NCBI GenBank assembly: GCA_963713855.1
Contig: OY970209.1
Coordinates: 1,457,902 to 1,521,901 of the forward strand
Length of the DNA: 64,000 nt
Direction of reading: 5' to 3'
From: an uncultured bacterium
Lineage (GTDB): Bacteria > Babelota > Babeliae > Babelales > Babelaceae
The position numbers were made by a program, and so were the translations under genes. Below are positions 1 through 10,795 of the stretch, piece by piece (positions within the stretch are counted from its first letter, which is position 1; every line of letters begins with the position of its first letter). The notes beneath the pieces were generated by a model that had not been told where the DNA came from, made no database searches, and worked only from the letters and a program-made list of their open reading frames with translations.

Positions 1-623
1 ACAAGAGGCACTTCAACGATCCCTTTAACTGTAGAGAGCAATGGAACGTAGCGAAAATCGTCTTGCATGTAGCCCCAAGAATTAACTCCTGCAAAAAAAT
101 TTGCCCACAACGAGTTATCTGATTTACGAAGAAGTGGCGCTATGATAGGAACATCTGCATCAATAAGAGATTCCAAGGTTGAAGGTTGTATAAAATTATC
201 ACAATCAGCCGTAAAATAATGAGACTTGTGCGCGATTGCCCACCGTAATGACTCATTTCTCATTTTTCCAAGCACGGACAAACGAAGAGCATTCCACTCG
301 TGATGGCCATAATCCTGAACGTTTTCAGCAACGTCAACGTCGTTAAAGTAAATACTTTTATAGCGATGGCTAACGCGGTCAATCCATTCTCTCAAAAGTT
401 CTTTGGTTCTATCAGTATTATTATTTGTTCGAATCCATAGGTGTGTGCGACTTGCCGGCCATGTTTGTCTTTCTATACACTGCAGGTAAAGAGGCAAACA
501 ATGCGCCTTGTCTTTAGCTAAGATTGCGATAGTTACGGTAACGCCATCAGGATCTGAATTTTCAATTGATGAAAATATTCTGGTATACATCAGTAGCGCT
601 AAAAGAAATACGATAATCTTCAT
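1..623 (-). CDS. Secreted GT-A glycosyltransferase, similar to the N-terminal domain of procollagen galactosyltransferase (COLGALT); runs off the window
   Basis: Hand translation from ATG 623: MKIIVFLLALL...VTIAILAKDKAHCLPLYL...WIRTNNNTDRT...YFTADCDNF...IIAPLL...ANFFAG...VEVP; paralog of the next two ORFs. Confidence 0.75.
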   Translation of the reverse strand, partial: MKIIVFLLALLMYTRIFSSIENSDPDGVTVTIAILAKDKAHCLPLYLQCIERQTWPASRTHLWIRTNNNTDRTKELLREWIDRVSHRYKSIYFNDVDVAENVQDYGHHEWNALRLSVLGKMRNESLRWAIAHKSHYFTADCDNFIQPSTLESLIDADVPIIAPLLRKSDNSLWANFFAGVNSWGYMQDDFRYVPLLSTVKGIVEVPL

Positions 624-666
624 GAACACCTCGCGTGCCTTTAAAAACACATTTTGTTTACGTTGC

Positions 667-1494
667 TCAAACAGTTAAAATGTTCGCCATTTCTGACTCA
701 ATGATTTTAGATAGCGACCTGTATCCTCTAAATTCGCTGATCCAGGGTTCTTTTGAAAATGACTCGACATCATTAGAAAAACTTATATGCCCATATATAA
801 TGCGTGTATCAAGGTACTGTGGTATTGCATTGTTGCGAGCTGATTGACTGAAAATGACGTAGGGATGTCTAGTTGTTTGATCCACAAAAGACAATTTTGG
901 TATAAATTCCCATCTAACAAGATAGGTGCCATGCACTACGGGTACCTCTATCAATCCTTTGTATTCTTGCCCGAGAAGATGATGATAGAATAGACAGTCA
1001 CTATAATAGCCTTGCGCGTCTATGCATGCGTGATAATTCGAAAATAGGGTGCTTCCAGTACGCAATAACGGAGCTATTATGGGTAATTTTGGCTTTAAAA
1101 GCAGCTCAATTGTCGATGGTGCAATAAAAGCAGTACCGTCAAGTTCAAAATAATGTGATGAGCGTGCATGAGCCCAATAAGCTGCTTTCTCGTGAATATT
1201 GCCATCCACATACACCTCGTCACTGTCCCTTTGAACATAGTGGATGCCGCGGTATTGATATTTTACTTCACCAATCCACTGCTCAAATATGCGACAAGAT
1301 TGCACATCGGTAGAGGGTACAGAAATGTAAAGATAGGTTTTATTTTTAGGCCAGGTCTGATTTTCTATCGTCGCTAAAAAAAGTGGCAATAGATGCGGCT
1401 TACTGTTTTGTAGAAGAGCTATCGTAACAACATCCTCTTTACAGATAGCGCGAAAGCAAATCAGAAAACTAACTATAACTAACCATAAGCGCAT
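667..1494 (-). CDS. Secreted COLGALT-like glycosyltransferase paralog (DxD motif degenerate)
   Basis: VTIALL..HLLPLFL..IENQTWPK, IIAPLLR..SNY, VPVVHGTYL motifs; signal peptide. Confidence 0.7.
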   Translation of the reverse strand: MRLWLVIVSFLICFRAICKEDVVTIALLQNSKPHLLPLFLATIENQTWPKNKTYLYISVPSTDVQSCRIFEQWIGEVKYQYRGIHYVQRDSDEVYVDGNIHEKAAYWAHARSSHYFELDGTAFIAPSTIELLLKPKLPIIAPLLRTGSTLFSNYHACIDAQGYYSDCLFYHHLLGQEYKGLIEVPVVHGTYLVRWEFIPKLSFVDQTTRHPYVIFSQSARNNAIPQYLDTRIIYGHISFSNDVESFSKEPWISEFRGYRSLSKIIESEMANILTV

Positions 1495-1518
1495 GCGTAC
1501 CTCACTACTTCAAAAGTG

Positions 1519-3009
1519 CTAATTTGGAGCTTTCGTGTGCTGAATTAATAAAACACGGCTTCTGTAGCCCGTCTTTGGTACCACATAGGTAAGAATAGGG
1601 TTGCCCTTACAATTAAATGGTGGTTTTGTAAGATCCAGAGAGCGGTATTCTCCACGCTTGATATCCTGATTAAGCCACTCATCCGGATCGAGGCTGTTGG
1701 TTATAAGGCAATACTTATACTTTTTAAACATCTCAATAAGTTTTTCAACGTCCTGATTGGTTAAATGTTGCAGAACGTCCTTACAAATGAGAAGATCGGC
1801 TTGTGGTAATTCAGACTTAAGGGCATCAAACTCTTCAAAATGAATGTGATCATTTTCATAACGGGACTTATTGAGTGCCACAACACTCGGTACCACTTCT
1901 AGACCACGATACTCTATTCCTTGCCAGTCGATAAGATGAGAAAACTCCCATAAGCCACAGCCAAGATCTACGACCGATTTTATGGCGTGATCTTTTAAAA
2001 AGTTTTGCAACATGATGCGATAGCTTATTGTTGCCTCTACGGTGGATCCTTTTCCAGAGGTACTTTCTCCGTCCTTATCGATACGCCAGATTTTTTGGTC
2101 ATAAATTTCAGTAAAAACGGCTGACGAATCTCTGTTTTTAAGAAAGCCTAATTGGTCATTAATGCTAGCAACCTGAGAAACGCAGCTTGCAAATTCATTA
2201 ATCCAAGGTTCTCCAATCAGTGCTTGTGCATTTTCGGCGAATGTTATACGTCCCTTCGTCGAGCGTGTATCAATATACTGACGAATTCCCGTTTTCCGAG
2301 CGACGTCACTAAAAATAACGTAAGGATAACGATCACTGTTGTCATCGTAAGAAACTTTATCAAGCACAGCGTGGCGAATGAAATACGTACCATTTACGAC
2401 GGGAACAGTTATAAGGCCGCGCACTTCTTGCGCTAATAGATTGGCATAAAGAGGGCAATCTTTAAAATAACCATTTTGGTCAATACACGCATGGTAATTA
2501 GAAAATAAATTGTTTCCCGTTCTCAATAAAGGGGCAACAATAGGCAATTTTGTTTTAACAAGTGTCTCAAGCGTAGATGGAGCAATAAAATGGTTGCAAT
2601 CAACAACGAAGTAATGTGACTTATTATCATTAGCCCAATCAACCGATTTTTTCGAGATTTGACCAGAAGTCTTCAGCCGAATAGGGTCCCACTCGTCACG
2701 ATCATAAAGGTTTGCCTTTTCCTGCTCATCAGCATAGTCAAAATGAATACCAAGATAATCGCTCTTTACTACATCGGTCCAGTCCGTAACAGTCTTTACA
2801 ACGTCAATGTCTTTACAGTCTACATGTATATATAAATATGTTTGCTTTTTGGGCCAGGTTTGATTTTCTATAGAAGCAAGATGTAAGGGCAATGTATGTG
2901 GCTTATTTCTTAGTAACAGGGCCATAGTTACGGTTTCCTGTTCTTGCACCTTACAATCGCAGCAGAAAAATGTAAAAAAACAAATAAAAGAAAAGTAGAT
3001 GAGATTCAT
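1519..3009 (-). CDS. COLGALT-like glycosyltransferase fused to a class I SAM methyltransferase
   Basis: N-half has the same GT motifs (VVDCN); C-half has SGKGS, VVDLGCG and DLLICKDVLQHL. Confidence 0.75.
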   Translation of the reverse strand: MNLIYFSFICFFTFFCCDCKVQEQETVTMALLLRNKPHTLPLHLASIENQTWPKKQTYLYIHVDCKDIDVVKTVTDWTDVVKSDYLGIHFDYADEQEKANLYDRDEWDPIRLKTSGQISKKSVDWANDNKSHYFVVDCNHFIAPSTLETLVKTKLPIVAPLLRTGNNLFSNYHACIDQNGYFKDCPLYANLLAQEVRGLITVPVVNGTYFIRHAVLDKVSYDDNSDRYPYVIFSDVARKTGIRQYIDTRSTKGRITFAENAQALIGEPWINEFASCVSQVASINDQLGFLKNRDSSAVFTEIYDQKIWRIDKDGESTSGKGSTVEATISYRIMLQNFLKDHAIKSVVDLGCGLWEFSHLIDWQGIEYRGLEVVPSVVALNKSRYENDHIHFEEFDALKSELPQADLLICKDVLQHLTNQDVEKLIEMFKKYKYCLITNSLDPDEWLNQDIKRGEYRSLDLTKPPFNCKGNPILTYVVPKTGYRSRVLLIQHTKAPN

Positions 3010-3338
3010 TGGAAGCTCTTAATTTTGCGTATGTATCAAAGCCCTTTTATTTTGGCTAGTGATATGTATACCACACATAGGCTGTAAATGGAAGCGACCA
3101 AGTTACTGCAAATCAAAAAAATATCCTGAAATTCCTGCTTTTCATGATTTCCATTTACCGCCTTCTTAAGCTCTCGTATAAGCACGAAATACGGCGACGA
3201 GGGGAGTACCAATCGCCCTACCAAAAATAGCTCTTAGAAATCATTTAACCTTGTTCTTAGCTTCTCGCTTGAAAAGAAACCATATTGTTGCTGAAAACCC
3301 AGTAGCAGTTAGCACCACCAGGTATTGCAACCACTTTT

Positions 3339-4565
3339 TTAAACGGGCGTTGTTCGCAAGATCCGATGTATCAGGAAACTAGCTATACCTGTTCCTACCA
3401 TCAAAAGCACAAGGGTAGCTGGCACCCCTAACGTCGTTCCTAGAATTACGCCCGGAGGTCGCAGCCATTTATTCCAAAAGAATTCATTTCGAGAGAGCTC
3501 TTGAGAAAGACCGCTGACCACAAACACTGTCATATCATTGAGATTGGAAGTAATTAATAATGTCTCGTCACCATTTTGCGCAAAAACGATTGATGTAGGC
3601 TTTATAGAGTTGGATGACAGACCATAGGTTGTCGCTCCGTTACCGCAATCTAAAGGGTGATAACCATATATAGGTAAACCCCATGTCGTGACATCGTCTG
3701 ATTCTGTATTTACGGCAACAATGTGCTGACTATCTGGTGAAAAGACGATAGCACTAAGGCCCTTTGAAAGGAAAGGTTCTGCACATGGAATAGCATCAAT
3801 CAATAGACCATCTTCGGTTACCTTAAAAAACGATACATCGCCTGACTTATTAGCAGTAACAATATGTTTTCCATCGGGAGAAAACGCTATAGATACGGGA
3901 TTGTTCGAAGGCTCTGGCAACGCAAAAGGCGACTTATAAGTTTCACTCAAGGTGCCATCTTGATTCACCTCAAGAATTGTTATATTGTTTGATTTTTCAT
4001 TAGCTATAGCAAGAAGCTCACCATTCGGTGAAAAGGTTGCATCATGTTTACCATCAGGAAAAGCTGAAAAGGTGTAATTAGAAACTTTGCTTAATTCTGC
4101 GTTGCGAGTTACGTGTAACAATGTCACTTCGTTCGAATTTTTGTAGGTAATAGCCAAATGCTTACCATCCGGAGAAAATACCGTTGAAGAGAGATCTAAA
4201 GAGGGCAGAGTGAAAGTAAAATCAGTTTGAGTCAGCAGACCATCATCATTTACCAGAAACATAGTTACAAGAGTATTACAGCTAAAGGCTAAGAACTGGC
4301 CATCCGGCGAAAATGCTAACGAGTAACTTTTAGAAGTCCCCAGAGATACAGTAGACCTGTCACTCAATGAAAGTCCCTTATCTTTTATTTTCAAGATAAC
4401 GATTCTTGACCTTTTATCAATCATAGCCAAATGACGACCATTTGGACTTACCTTGAGGGAATCGCCAGCAAAATCAAAGCTTTTTGCGTGCCGCAACAAG
4501 ATTGCGTTTATGGGAACGAAAACTGGCATGAGTATAAAAATATACTTTACGATGCTTTTTAACAT
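3339..4565 (-). CDS. Beta-propeller (WD40/lactonase-like) protein with C-terminal membrane anchor
   Basis: Repeated FSPDG/FSPNG blades, signal peptide, hydrophobic C-terminus. Confidence 0.75.
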   Translation of the reverse strand: MLKSIVKYIFILMPVFVPINAILLRHAKSFDFAGDSLKVSPNGRHLAMIDKRSRIVILKIKDKGLSLSDRSTVSLGTSKSYSLAFSPDGQFLAFSCNTLVTMFLVNDDGLLTQTDFTFTLPSLDLSSTVFSPDGKHLAITYKNSNEVTLLHVTRNAELSKVSNYTFSAFPDGKHDATFSPNGELLAIANEKSNNITILEVNQDGTLSETYKSPFALPEPSNNPVSIAFSPDGKHIVTANKSGDVSFFKVTEDGLLIDAIPCAEPFLSKGLSAIVFSPDSQHIVAVNTESDDVTTWGLPIYGYHPLDCGNGATTYGLSSNSIKPTSIVFAQNGDETLLITSNLNDMTVFVVSGLSQELSRNEFFWNKWLRPPGVILGTTLGVPATLVLLMVGTGIASFLIHRILRTTPV

Positions 4566-4984
4566 ATTTTACCTATTACAATAAGTCCAGATTTCAGTAC
4601 TATATTTCGTATTTTAGATCATCAGTTATTTTTGTAAAGCGAAGAAGCATCGATTTCGCTTCTAGCTGGGCTTTCAAGTGAAATACAAGAGCTTATTAGA
4701 ATACAGTCAGCCAAACTTATTATCTTTATACTTCTAAATCTTAAAACCCGAATTTATAAATATTAGAAATTATTATAATTGCTAGGTAACACTATCGTGA
4801 AATCATTAACGCTATACCTAATTGCAGTTCTTGTGTTCTGTTGGCCAAGCAAAAGAACAGGAGGCGTTAATAAGCGAGGCTCAAGGTGTTGTGCTAAAAG
4901 GCCAGGAAGCTAAAGGAGTATTTACGTCAGACGATAAGAAGTACGCTTACATTTTATATCAGGAGCTTTAACAAGCCTTAAAGG

Positions 4985-5677
4985 CTATGCCTGCTGATTA
5001 TTGCTTGTTCTGTATTGCTTTAGCATTTTTTTGACCTTATTTACATATGCCTCACGTGTATCTTGCCAAGCCTTAATAACTCGTTCTTTTGAAGCATCGG
5101 GATTTTGTAACAAAAACTGTTGAGTAAAATTAATATAAGCCCATTCTTTTTTAGGAGGCACTTTCTCATGTTGTCTACGGGTATATTGTTGCTGCCAGAA
5201 TGCGGCAAACTCTGCATATGTAGGAGGATCACCCAGCATCCAGCGGTTTTTAAGCCAGTCAATTCCGAACGCAGTAAAATGAAAATGATTGCCCACAAGT
5301 ACTTTAAAAAATGCCCGAGTTTTGGCATCATTCTTGTACGCGCCATATAACATCAAGGCACTGGTTTCTAGACGATATCGCACACCTTTTTTTGCCTTCG
5401 ATATGGTCGGAATTTGCTTTGGTGGTACTATTTTGCCAGTCTCTATATATGTCATAATACGATGGATCAGCTCAATTTTATTGCCGTTTGTTGGCAAACT
5501 ATACGATAAGCACACATCTTTAAGCTCATTCATTTTCATATAGTGCAAAGCTTCATTTAATGCAAGTAATTCGGCTGCTGACCATAGATGCGCCTTCATA
5601 TCTTCCCATTTCAGATTTTTTCGGCTTCGATTGCGAGCTATCAAATCTAGTTTTACGTCTTTAAGAATTGCTTGCAA
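4985..5677 (-). CDS. SAP-domain / DUF6434-like protein (true start possibly ATG 5599)
   Basis: MKMNELKDVC...LPTNGNKIELIHRI SAP-like motif; YKNDAKTRAFFK..FHFT motif. Confidence 0.55.
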   Translation of the reverse strand: MQAILKDVKLDLIARNRSRKNLKWEDMKAHLWSAAELLALNEALHYMKMNELKDVCLSYSLPTNGNKIELIHRIMTYIETGKIVPPKQIPTISKAKKGVRYRLETSALMLYGAYKNDAKTRAFFKVLVGNHFHFTAFGIDWLKNRWMLGDPPTYAEFAAFWQQQYTRRQHEKVPPKKEWAYINFTQQFLLQNPDASKERVIKAWQDTREAYVNKVKKMLKQYRTSNNQQA

Positions 5678-6036
5678 GATATTTGCTATTTTATTCGGAG
5701 CCCTGTTCGATCAATAATTTCACGATTGTCGTGAGCACCGCAACTCTGATGAAAAAATAGCGCGAATCAAAGATGTTTGGGCGCTGGTGCAGAATAAATA
5801 ATTTCCACATCTCGAATCTTGAATTTCAGCTACCTCTATAGCCCAAATTCTAAGTCGCGAGGATTGTACTATCGCTGGCTGTCCACGCTTAATCCAACTA
5901 TCTGGAATCAGCCTAGAAAAAGAAAACTGATCTGCGCTTGATACAAAAGAAATCATTGACTAATATACTTATAAAATCTTATATTTAGATTATATATTTC
6001 ATGAATTATATTTTCGGGCTTTCATGAGAGGCAATC

Positions 6037-8502
6037 ATGAGGATTTTATGTTCATACCTATTTTTAATGTGTTGTATAGGCTCAGCTTCATTGTACAGTA
6101 ACGCTCCTCTAGAAATTGAAATTGCAAGTAAAGATCTCGCCTTAAAAAATCAACAAGAGTTCGAAGAAAAATTAAACTCTTTAATAAGCGTCGCTAAATC
6201 CACCCTTGCAAAACCTCTGACCGAGAATAATAAAAGATACGCTTCTCAAATACACACCCAGCTATCAGTTTTGCTTGATATTTATGGGCATCGATATCCT
6301 ATCGAGCCATCATTGCGTAAAGAAATCGTAAACCTACTCACTAAGCCTTCCGATACTGCGCCAACTAAAAAAGAAAGCCCTATAAAAGCAACAGAGGTAT
6401 CTATACCTGCACTCGGACTTACTTATCACCCAGGCTTTAAACTTCCTTTCATAAAGCAAAGCCCTGGTCAAATACTTACCCAAACACAAGTTTATTTACA
6501 GGTTCCCGAATTGAGGAGCCGGGCATATAGTCTTATAAGATCATTAGAACAAGAACATGGCACTGAAGCTATTGCTCCTTATCTCTCATTAATACCTGAT
6601 ATTATACGACAAGAAGTTGCGCTCAAGGATTATGATGTATTCTACCATGGACAACATGGTGATTTCGCATTTTTATACGATGTTATTAAGGAAATACAAC
6701 AGTGGCTAGCTGTTCGTCAAGAAACGAAGCACTTTGAGTATCTTCGAACTCCAGGTATGTTCCATCTCGATCAAAGCCTAAAAGAATTTCTTAAAGCAAC
6801 TTTTAGCGAAGATCAAAGTGCTTTCTCTCAGGGAAGTTTTGACAAAACACACCAAGATCTTCTCCTCTCTGTTAATTTATCACTTTTTGGTAGTTCTGAT
6901 GCATCTAATGAATCTTCATTTGCTTATTTCGTTGCAGGATATAATGCCTACACATCATCAACTCGTCCTCTGCTAGAGAAGCTTTTTGACCACTTTGATT
7001 TCAAGAAATCGTACCTTGACGAGTTATTAGCTCTTTCAGAAAAATTTAGAAAAGGTGCTGAAAAAGGTAACCTTCTACAAATTTTTATGCCACGAGACAA
7101 AGTAAACGACTTGGTCTACTTAAGCGGTGGTTTTGGTGGGTTACCTGTAGGAGTAAAACCTTCATACTTCCATCCATTGGATTTTCCAAGATATGCACAA
7201 GCCCACCCAATCAAGGTAAAGGATGATGCAGGCAAAATACGAACGTATAACTTAAAGACAATGGATACCAGAACCTATCTGGATTTCTACCGCAGCAATC
7301 CTCAAGCTATTAATCCTGATGATATGGATGTAATTCAAGGAAGGATTCTTCTTAATAATGATTTTCTAACGTACTCTCGCGAAGGAATAAAAATCTATTC
7401 TTACAATTTTATAACCATTAACCACGTCGAACAATACAAAAAAGAATTTAAGAGAATTATTAGCCGTATGATGCTCGACTGGCTTACCAGTCCAACTGAT
7501 ACTTTTCTTAAAGAACGTTACCATATTGTTCAGAAAGCTTTTAAAAAATACACACCGGCTTCAAAAGTTGGAATAACTATAACACCTAAGCAAGAAAACA
7601 AGCATCCATTGGTAAATGAGCAACAACAAGCACGGGATTTTTGGAAAAAATATTTTGCCCTTCAAAAAGCTCGCCGTAAAAAATTTCAGACACCTATACC
7701 GTCCAGAAGACCCTATGCCAAAGGTGAAAAAGATGTAATGACGGTACGTTGGGCATTAGATCAATTTTTAACAGCAAGTGATAAAAGAGAGAGACTGGAT
7801 GCCTACAATGCTCTTAGAGAACTATTTAACCTTGAGCTTGCAGTTGCTCCCATTGAGATCGATACAGAATGGGTCTCAAATGAGAATCGCCAATCCCTTA
7901 TACAAATTATGAAAAATAACCTAGCATTAAATGAATCCTCAGTTGAAAAGAAGGTCTATCTGCTAAATTCCATATTTGAACCGGAATGTTTCGGCGAAGA
8001 TTATCTCCACTTATTTAAAAGTACTTCGGAACGCAGCACTATCTTAGATGAGATGCGGCTTATAGCTTATAATGAACTACGTAGCATGCTTCATCAATCA
8101 ACCGCTCTATCAACAAACGATATAGATGAGGCATGGTTAGACCACCAAGATACTACTCTGTTTAAATACATCGTTAATACACATTTAGTACAGAGCTTAA
8201 ATACATCTCCAAAACAGCAGTACTTTCTTACAGCCCTTGCTCTTGGTGACGTGTATCCATTAAGTCATCTTTTAGAGAACTCTACGTACGACTTATGTTT
8301 TTCCGAAGAACGTGAAGAGCGAATAAGATTTAACGCTTATAATCTCCTACGTCAGATGCTCAATCTTGCTGTAGCACCCTCGCCATTTCACATGGATAAA
8401 ACCTGGCTTGAGAACATACACGGAAAATTAAACGATGTGTTTCATTCCACTAAAAAAGGACGGCAGTTTCTAGATTCTTTAACAGAGTCTTTTTTTGGAT
8501 AG
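6037..8502 (+). CDS. Large secreted hypothetical protein with three C-terminal YNxLR...D..W repeats
   Basis: 821 aa ORF, signal peptide, GAGAGG RBS, repeats visible in the translation. Confidence 0.7.
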   Translation: MRILCSYLFLMCCIGSASLYSNAPLEIEIASKDLALKNQQEFEEKLNSLISVAKSTLAKPLTENNKRYASQIHTQLSVLLDIYGHRYPIEPSLRKEIVNLLTKPSDTAPTKKESPIKATEVSIPALGLTYHPGFKLPFIKQSPGQILTQTQVYLQVPELRSRAYSLIRSLEQEHGTEAIAPYLSLIPDIIRQEVALKDYDVFYHGQHGDFAFLYDVIKEIQQWLAVRQETKHFEYLRTPGMFHLDQSLKEFLKATFSEDQSAFSQGSFDKTHQDLLLSVNLSLFGSSDASNESSFAYFVAGYNAYTSSTRPLLEKLFDHFDFKKSYLDELLALSEKFRKGAEKGNLLQIFMPRDKVNDLVYLSGGFGGLPVGVKPSYFHPLDFPRYAQAHPIKVKDDAGKIRTYNLKTMDTRTYLDFYRSNPQAINPDDMDVIQGRILLNNDFLTYSREGIKIYSYNFITINHVEQYKKEFKRIISRMMLDWLTSPTDTFLKERYHIVQKAFKKYTPASKVGITITPKQENKHPLVNEQQQARDFWKKYFALQKARRKKFQTPIPSRRPYAKGEKDVMTVRWALDQFLTASDKRERLDAYNALRELFNLELAVAPIEIDTEWVSNENRQSLIQIMKNNLALNESSVEKKVYLLNSIFEPECFGEDYLHLFKSTSERSTILDEMRLIAYNELRSMLHQSTALSTNDIDEAWLDHQDTTLFKYIVNTHLVQSLNTSPKQQYFLTALALGDVYPLSHLLENSTYDLCFSEEREERIRFNAYNLLRQMLNLAVAPSPFHMDKTWLENIHGKLNDVFHSTKKGRQFLDSLTESFFG

Positions 8503-8570
8503 CAATTGAGCAAGAGCACTTTTAACGACTCATCTATACGTGATGTCTAAAAACGCACTTAACAGATTTA

Positions 8571-9344
8571 TTATTCTGAGCTATCTTTTAAGCAGCCTTT
8601 TAAAAGTTCTACTTCTTCAATTGGCGTAAGATTCGAGATACCCATAAGCAAGAGAATTGACTTTACCAGAAAATTAGGCATGCGTATAGCTTCAGAAGCC
8701 TCATAGTTTTTTATCATAGAAAGCACTACATCGGATCTACCATTTTTAACAAGTTTTTGGCATGCAAATAAATCTGCCTCACGTTCGTGGTCAATTTTAT
8801 GGGCAGCATGCATAGATGATTGCAAAGTGCTAAATAGCGGTATTCCTATCAAATATGAAAACCCCAATAACGATTTGCCTGCTTTAAAATGAGCAAAAGA
8901 CTTATACAAAAAATAGCACGCCAAAATGGCCGCTATTAAAGACTCCGCCCTCATGAGTATAGATTCTTGTATAGCTGTAGCGTGATCATAATGAAGGTGA
9001 CCCACTTCATGATAAATTGCAAAGAGTTTTTCAGCTTGAGAGTATGCTGATGTTGATTGAGATGGAAATACGATAAATCTTTGTCCCTCCTGCCTAAACG
9101 TATGAGCCCATTCACCACCGCTTTCTAAAATAATAACGTTCTCGGTAATTCCGCACTCATCTAAAACTTTTCGCGCCTCAGTCTCAACCAAAACTGAAGC
9201 CGGCCTAAGATTTCTTTCGGACATAACGCGCGCCTTGATGCTCTCTGATTCTAATATATCATTACTACCGGTGGCATAAACGCAATTGATTAATAAGATA
9301 CCCATACAAAAAATCTTTAAAGCACAACTCATGCGAAACCTCAA
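8571..9344 (-). CDS. M48-like zinc metallopeptidase
   Basis: HEVGH motif, two TM segments, EREADLFA. Confidence 0.65.
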   Translation of the reverse strand: MRFRMSCALKIFCMGILLINCVYATGSNDILESESIKARVMSERNLRPASVLVETEARKVLDECGITENVIILESGGEWAHTFRQEGQRFIVFPSQSTSAYSQAEKLFAIYHEVGHLHYDHATAIQESILMRAESLIAAILACYFLYKSFAHFKAGKSLLGFSYLIGIPLFSTLQSSMHAAHKIDHEREADLFACQKLVKNGRSDVVLSMIKNYEASEAIRMPNFLVKSILLLMGISNLTPIEEVELLKGCLKDSSE

Positions 9345-9629
9345 GCTTTAAAACGAATATCAATTTGTAATACAGCTCTCATATAATACGATCTGAAAAT
9401 AAAAAGTCAATATGAGTTAAATCCGAAATATCCTCAAATTACATTCAAACATGGCGGAGCATGAGTTATGCGCCCACTAAAACGGATAAAATATCTTTTA
9501 AATGCACAAAACACAAAGCCTATTTCATGAATTTGAATAAGTATATGCCATTCTCGCCCGGAGCTGTGAGAATACCGTTCTCTGTCTGGGCGTCTAAAGT
9601 TTCTTGAAAATCCAAAGAAGTCATTTTAA

Positions 9630-10070
9630 TTAAGAGGCCTTCTTTCTTAATTGGTTGAATTCATCGTGAGTCCACCATTCGATATTTAAAACACCTGAAT
9701 GGCTCTTGAGTGAATCGTCAATCGCGTTCTTAATAGTTTCTACAAATTTTGTAGTGTCTACCTTCTTAAAAAAGAAGCGCCTAACGAATGGAACATGTGG
9801 TTCGATAAAACACAAAAAACCATTTGGATATTCTTCGTAATTTGCACAACCTATCCACGTATTAAAATTTTCATTACGAATGGGTACAACCCAGCCCCAA
9901 TCTTCAACAAATGGCTCATCTACAGGTATTCCTCTTTTTTCAAGTTCAAGGTGTAGAAAGTCAGCAAGACGTTTGCCAAATATTCCAGGGTTAACCATTT
10001 CCGCTTCATCTTCGTAGGCAGGAAATTGATCGGAACAAAATTCTACATAAGTCTTCATCTTAAAGCCCAC
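9630..10070 (-). CDS. Hypothetical protein (possible orphan immunity protein)
   Basis: 146 aa ORF with EDWGW motif; no function recognised with confidence. Confidence 0.5.
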   Translation of the reverse strand: MGFKMKTYVEFCSDQFPAYEDEAEMVNPGIFGKRLADFLHLELEKRGIPVDEPFVEDWGWVVPIRNENFNTWIGCANYEEYPNGFLCFIEPHVPFVRRFFFKKVDTTKFVETIKNAIDDSLKSHSGVLNIEWWTHDEFNQLRKKAS

Positions 10071-10222
10071 TTAATATGTTAGGTCGATTTTTTGTTAAGG
10101 ATAGACTAAATAACTGGCTTGCTCAATAATGGCATACCTAGATTATAGACGGCGCCATCTAGCAGTATCTCGGCCACTCATTAAGTAGCAAAAAAGCCAT
10201 TTTTAGAATAATCGGCCTACCC

Positions 10223-10795
10223 TCATTGAGCTTTTTGAAGGAGCTCTAATATCTGCACCGTTTTTTGAAGTTCGTTCATGGTTTCTTCTTTTGTTAATTT
10301 CAAACCTAAGAGGTTATCAGAGTTCGCTTTTATTAACTCTAATAAGCCAGTTGCTATTCCTACTATTAACGCTAAAGCTCCGATACCCGTCAGTGCGTAG
10401 GTATATCTCGAATCACATTGAACCGGACGCCCTGTCAAGCGCGGAATTTGCTTATATATCAAATAAATACTTAATGGAATGAGGGCTGCGCCTCCAAATG
10501 CATTGTAGAGATTAACCTGCTCTTGCTCTTCATCTTCTAGCTCGATTTTCAAGCTTTCTATCTCTTCAAGAGCTAAAGCAGAAAGAATGCGCCGTTCCTT
10601 CTTAGCAAGTGATCCGTGCTGATACAGCAGATGACTAACAGACTCTGGGTCATGCTGCTCGACAGCTCTTTCAATGTCTTTAAGAGATATAGCAGGGCTA
10701 GAAGCCTTAAAGTGAAAACAGCCAAAGAACAGTGCCATGTATGCAAATAGCGCTATAACATTTTCATTTTTAATCATGAATGCTCCATCAAACAT
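10223..10795 (-). CDS. Hypothetical membrane protein
   Basis: 190 aa, signal-like N-terminus and two hydrophobic helices. Confidence 0.5.
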   Translation of the reverse strand: MFDGAFMIKNENVIALFAYMALFFGCFHFKASSPAISLKDIERAVEQHDPESVSHLLYQHGSLAKKERRILSALALEEIESLKIELEDEEQEQVNLYNAFGGAALIPLSIYLIYKQIPRLTGRPVQCDSRYTYALTGIGALALIVGIATGLLELIKANSDNLLGLKLTKEETMNELQKTVQILELLQKAQ

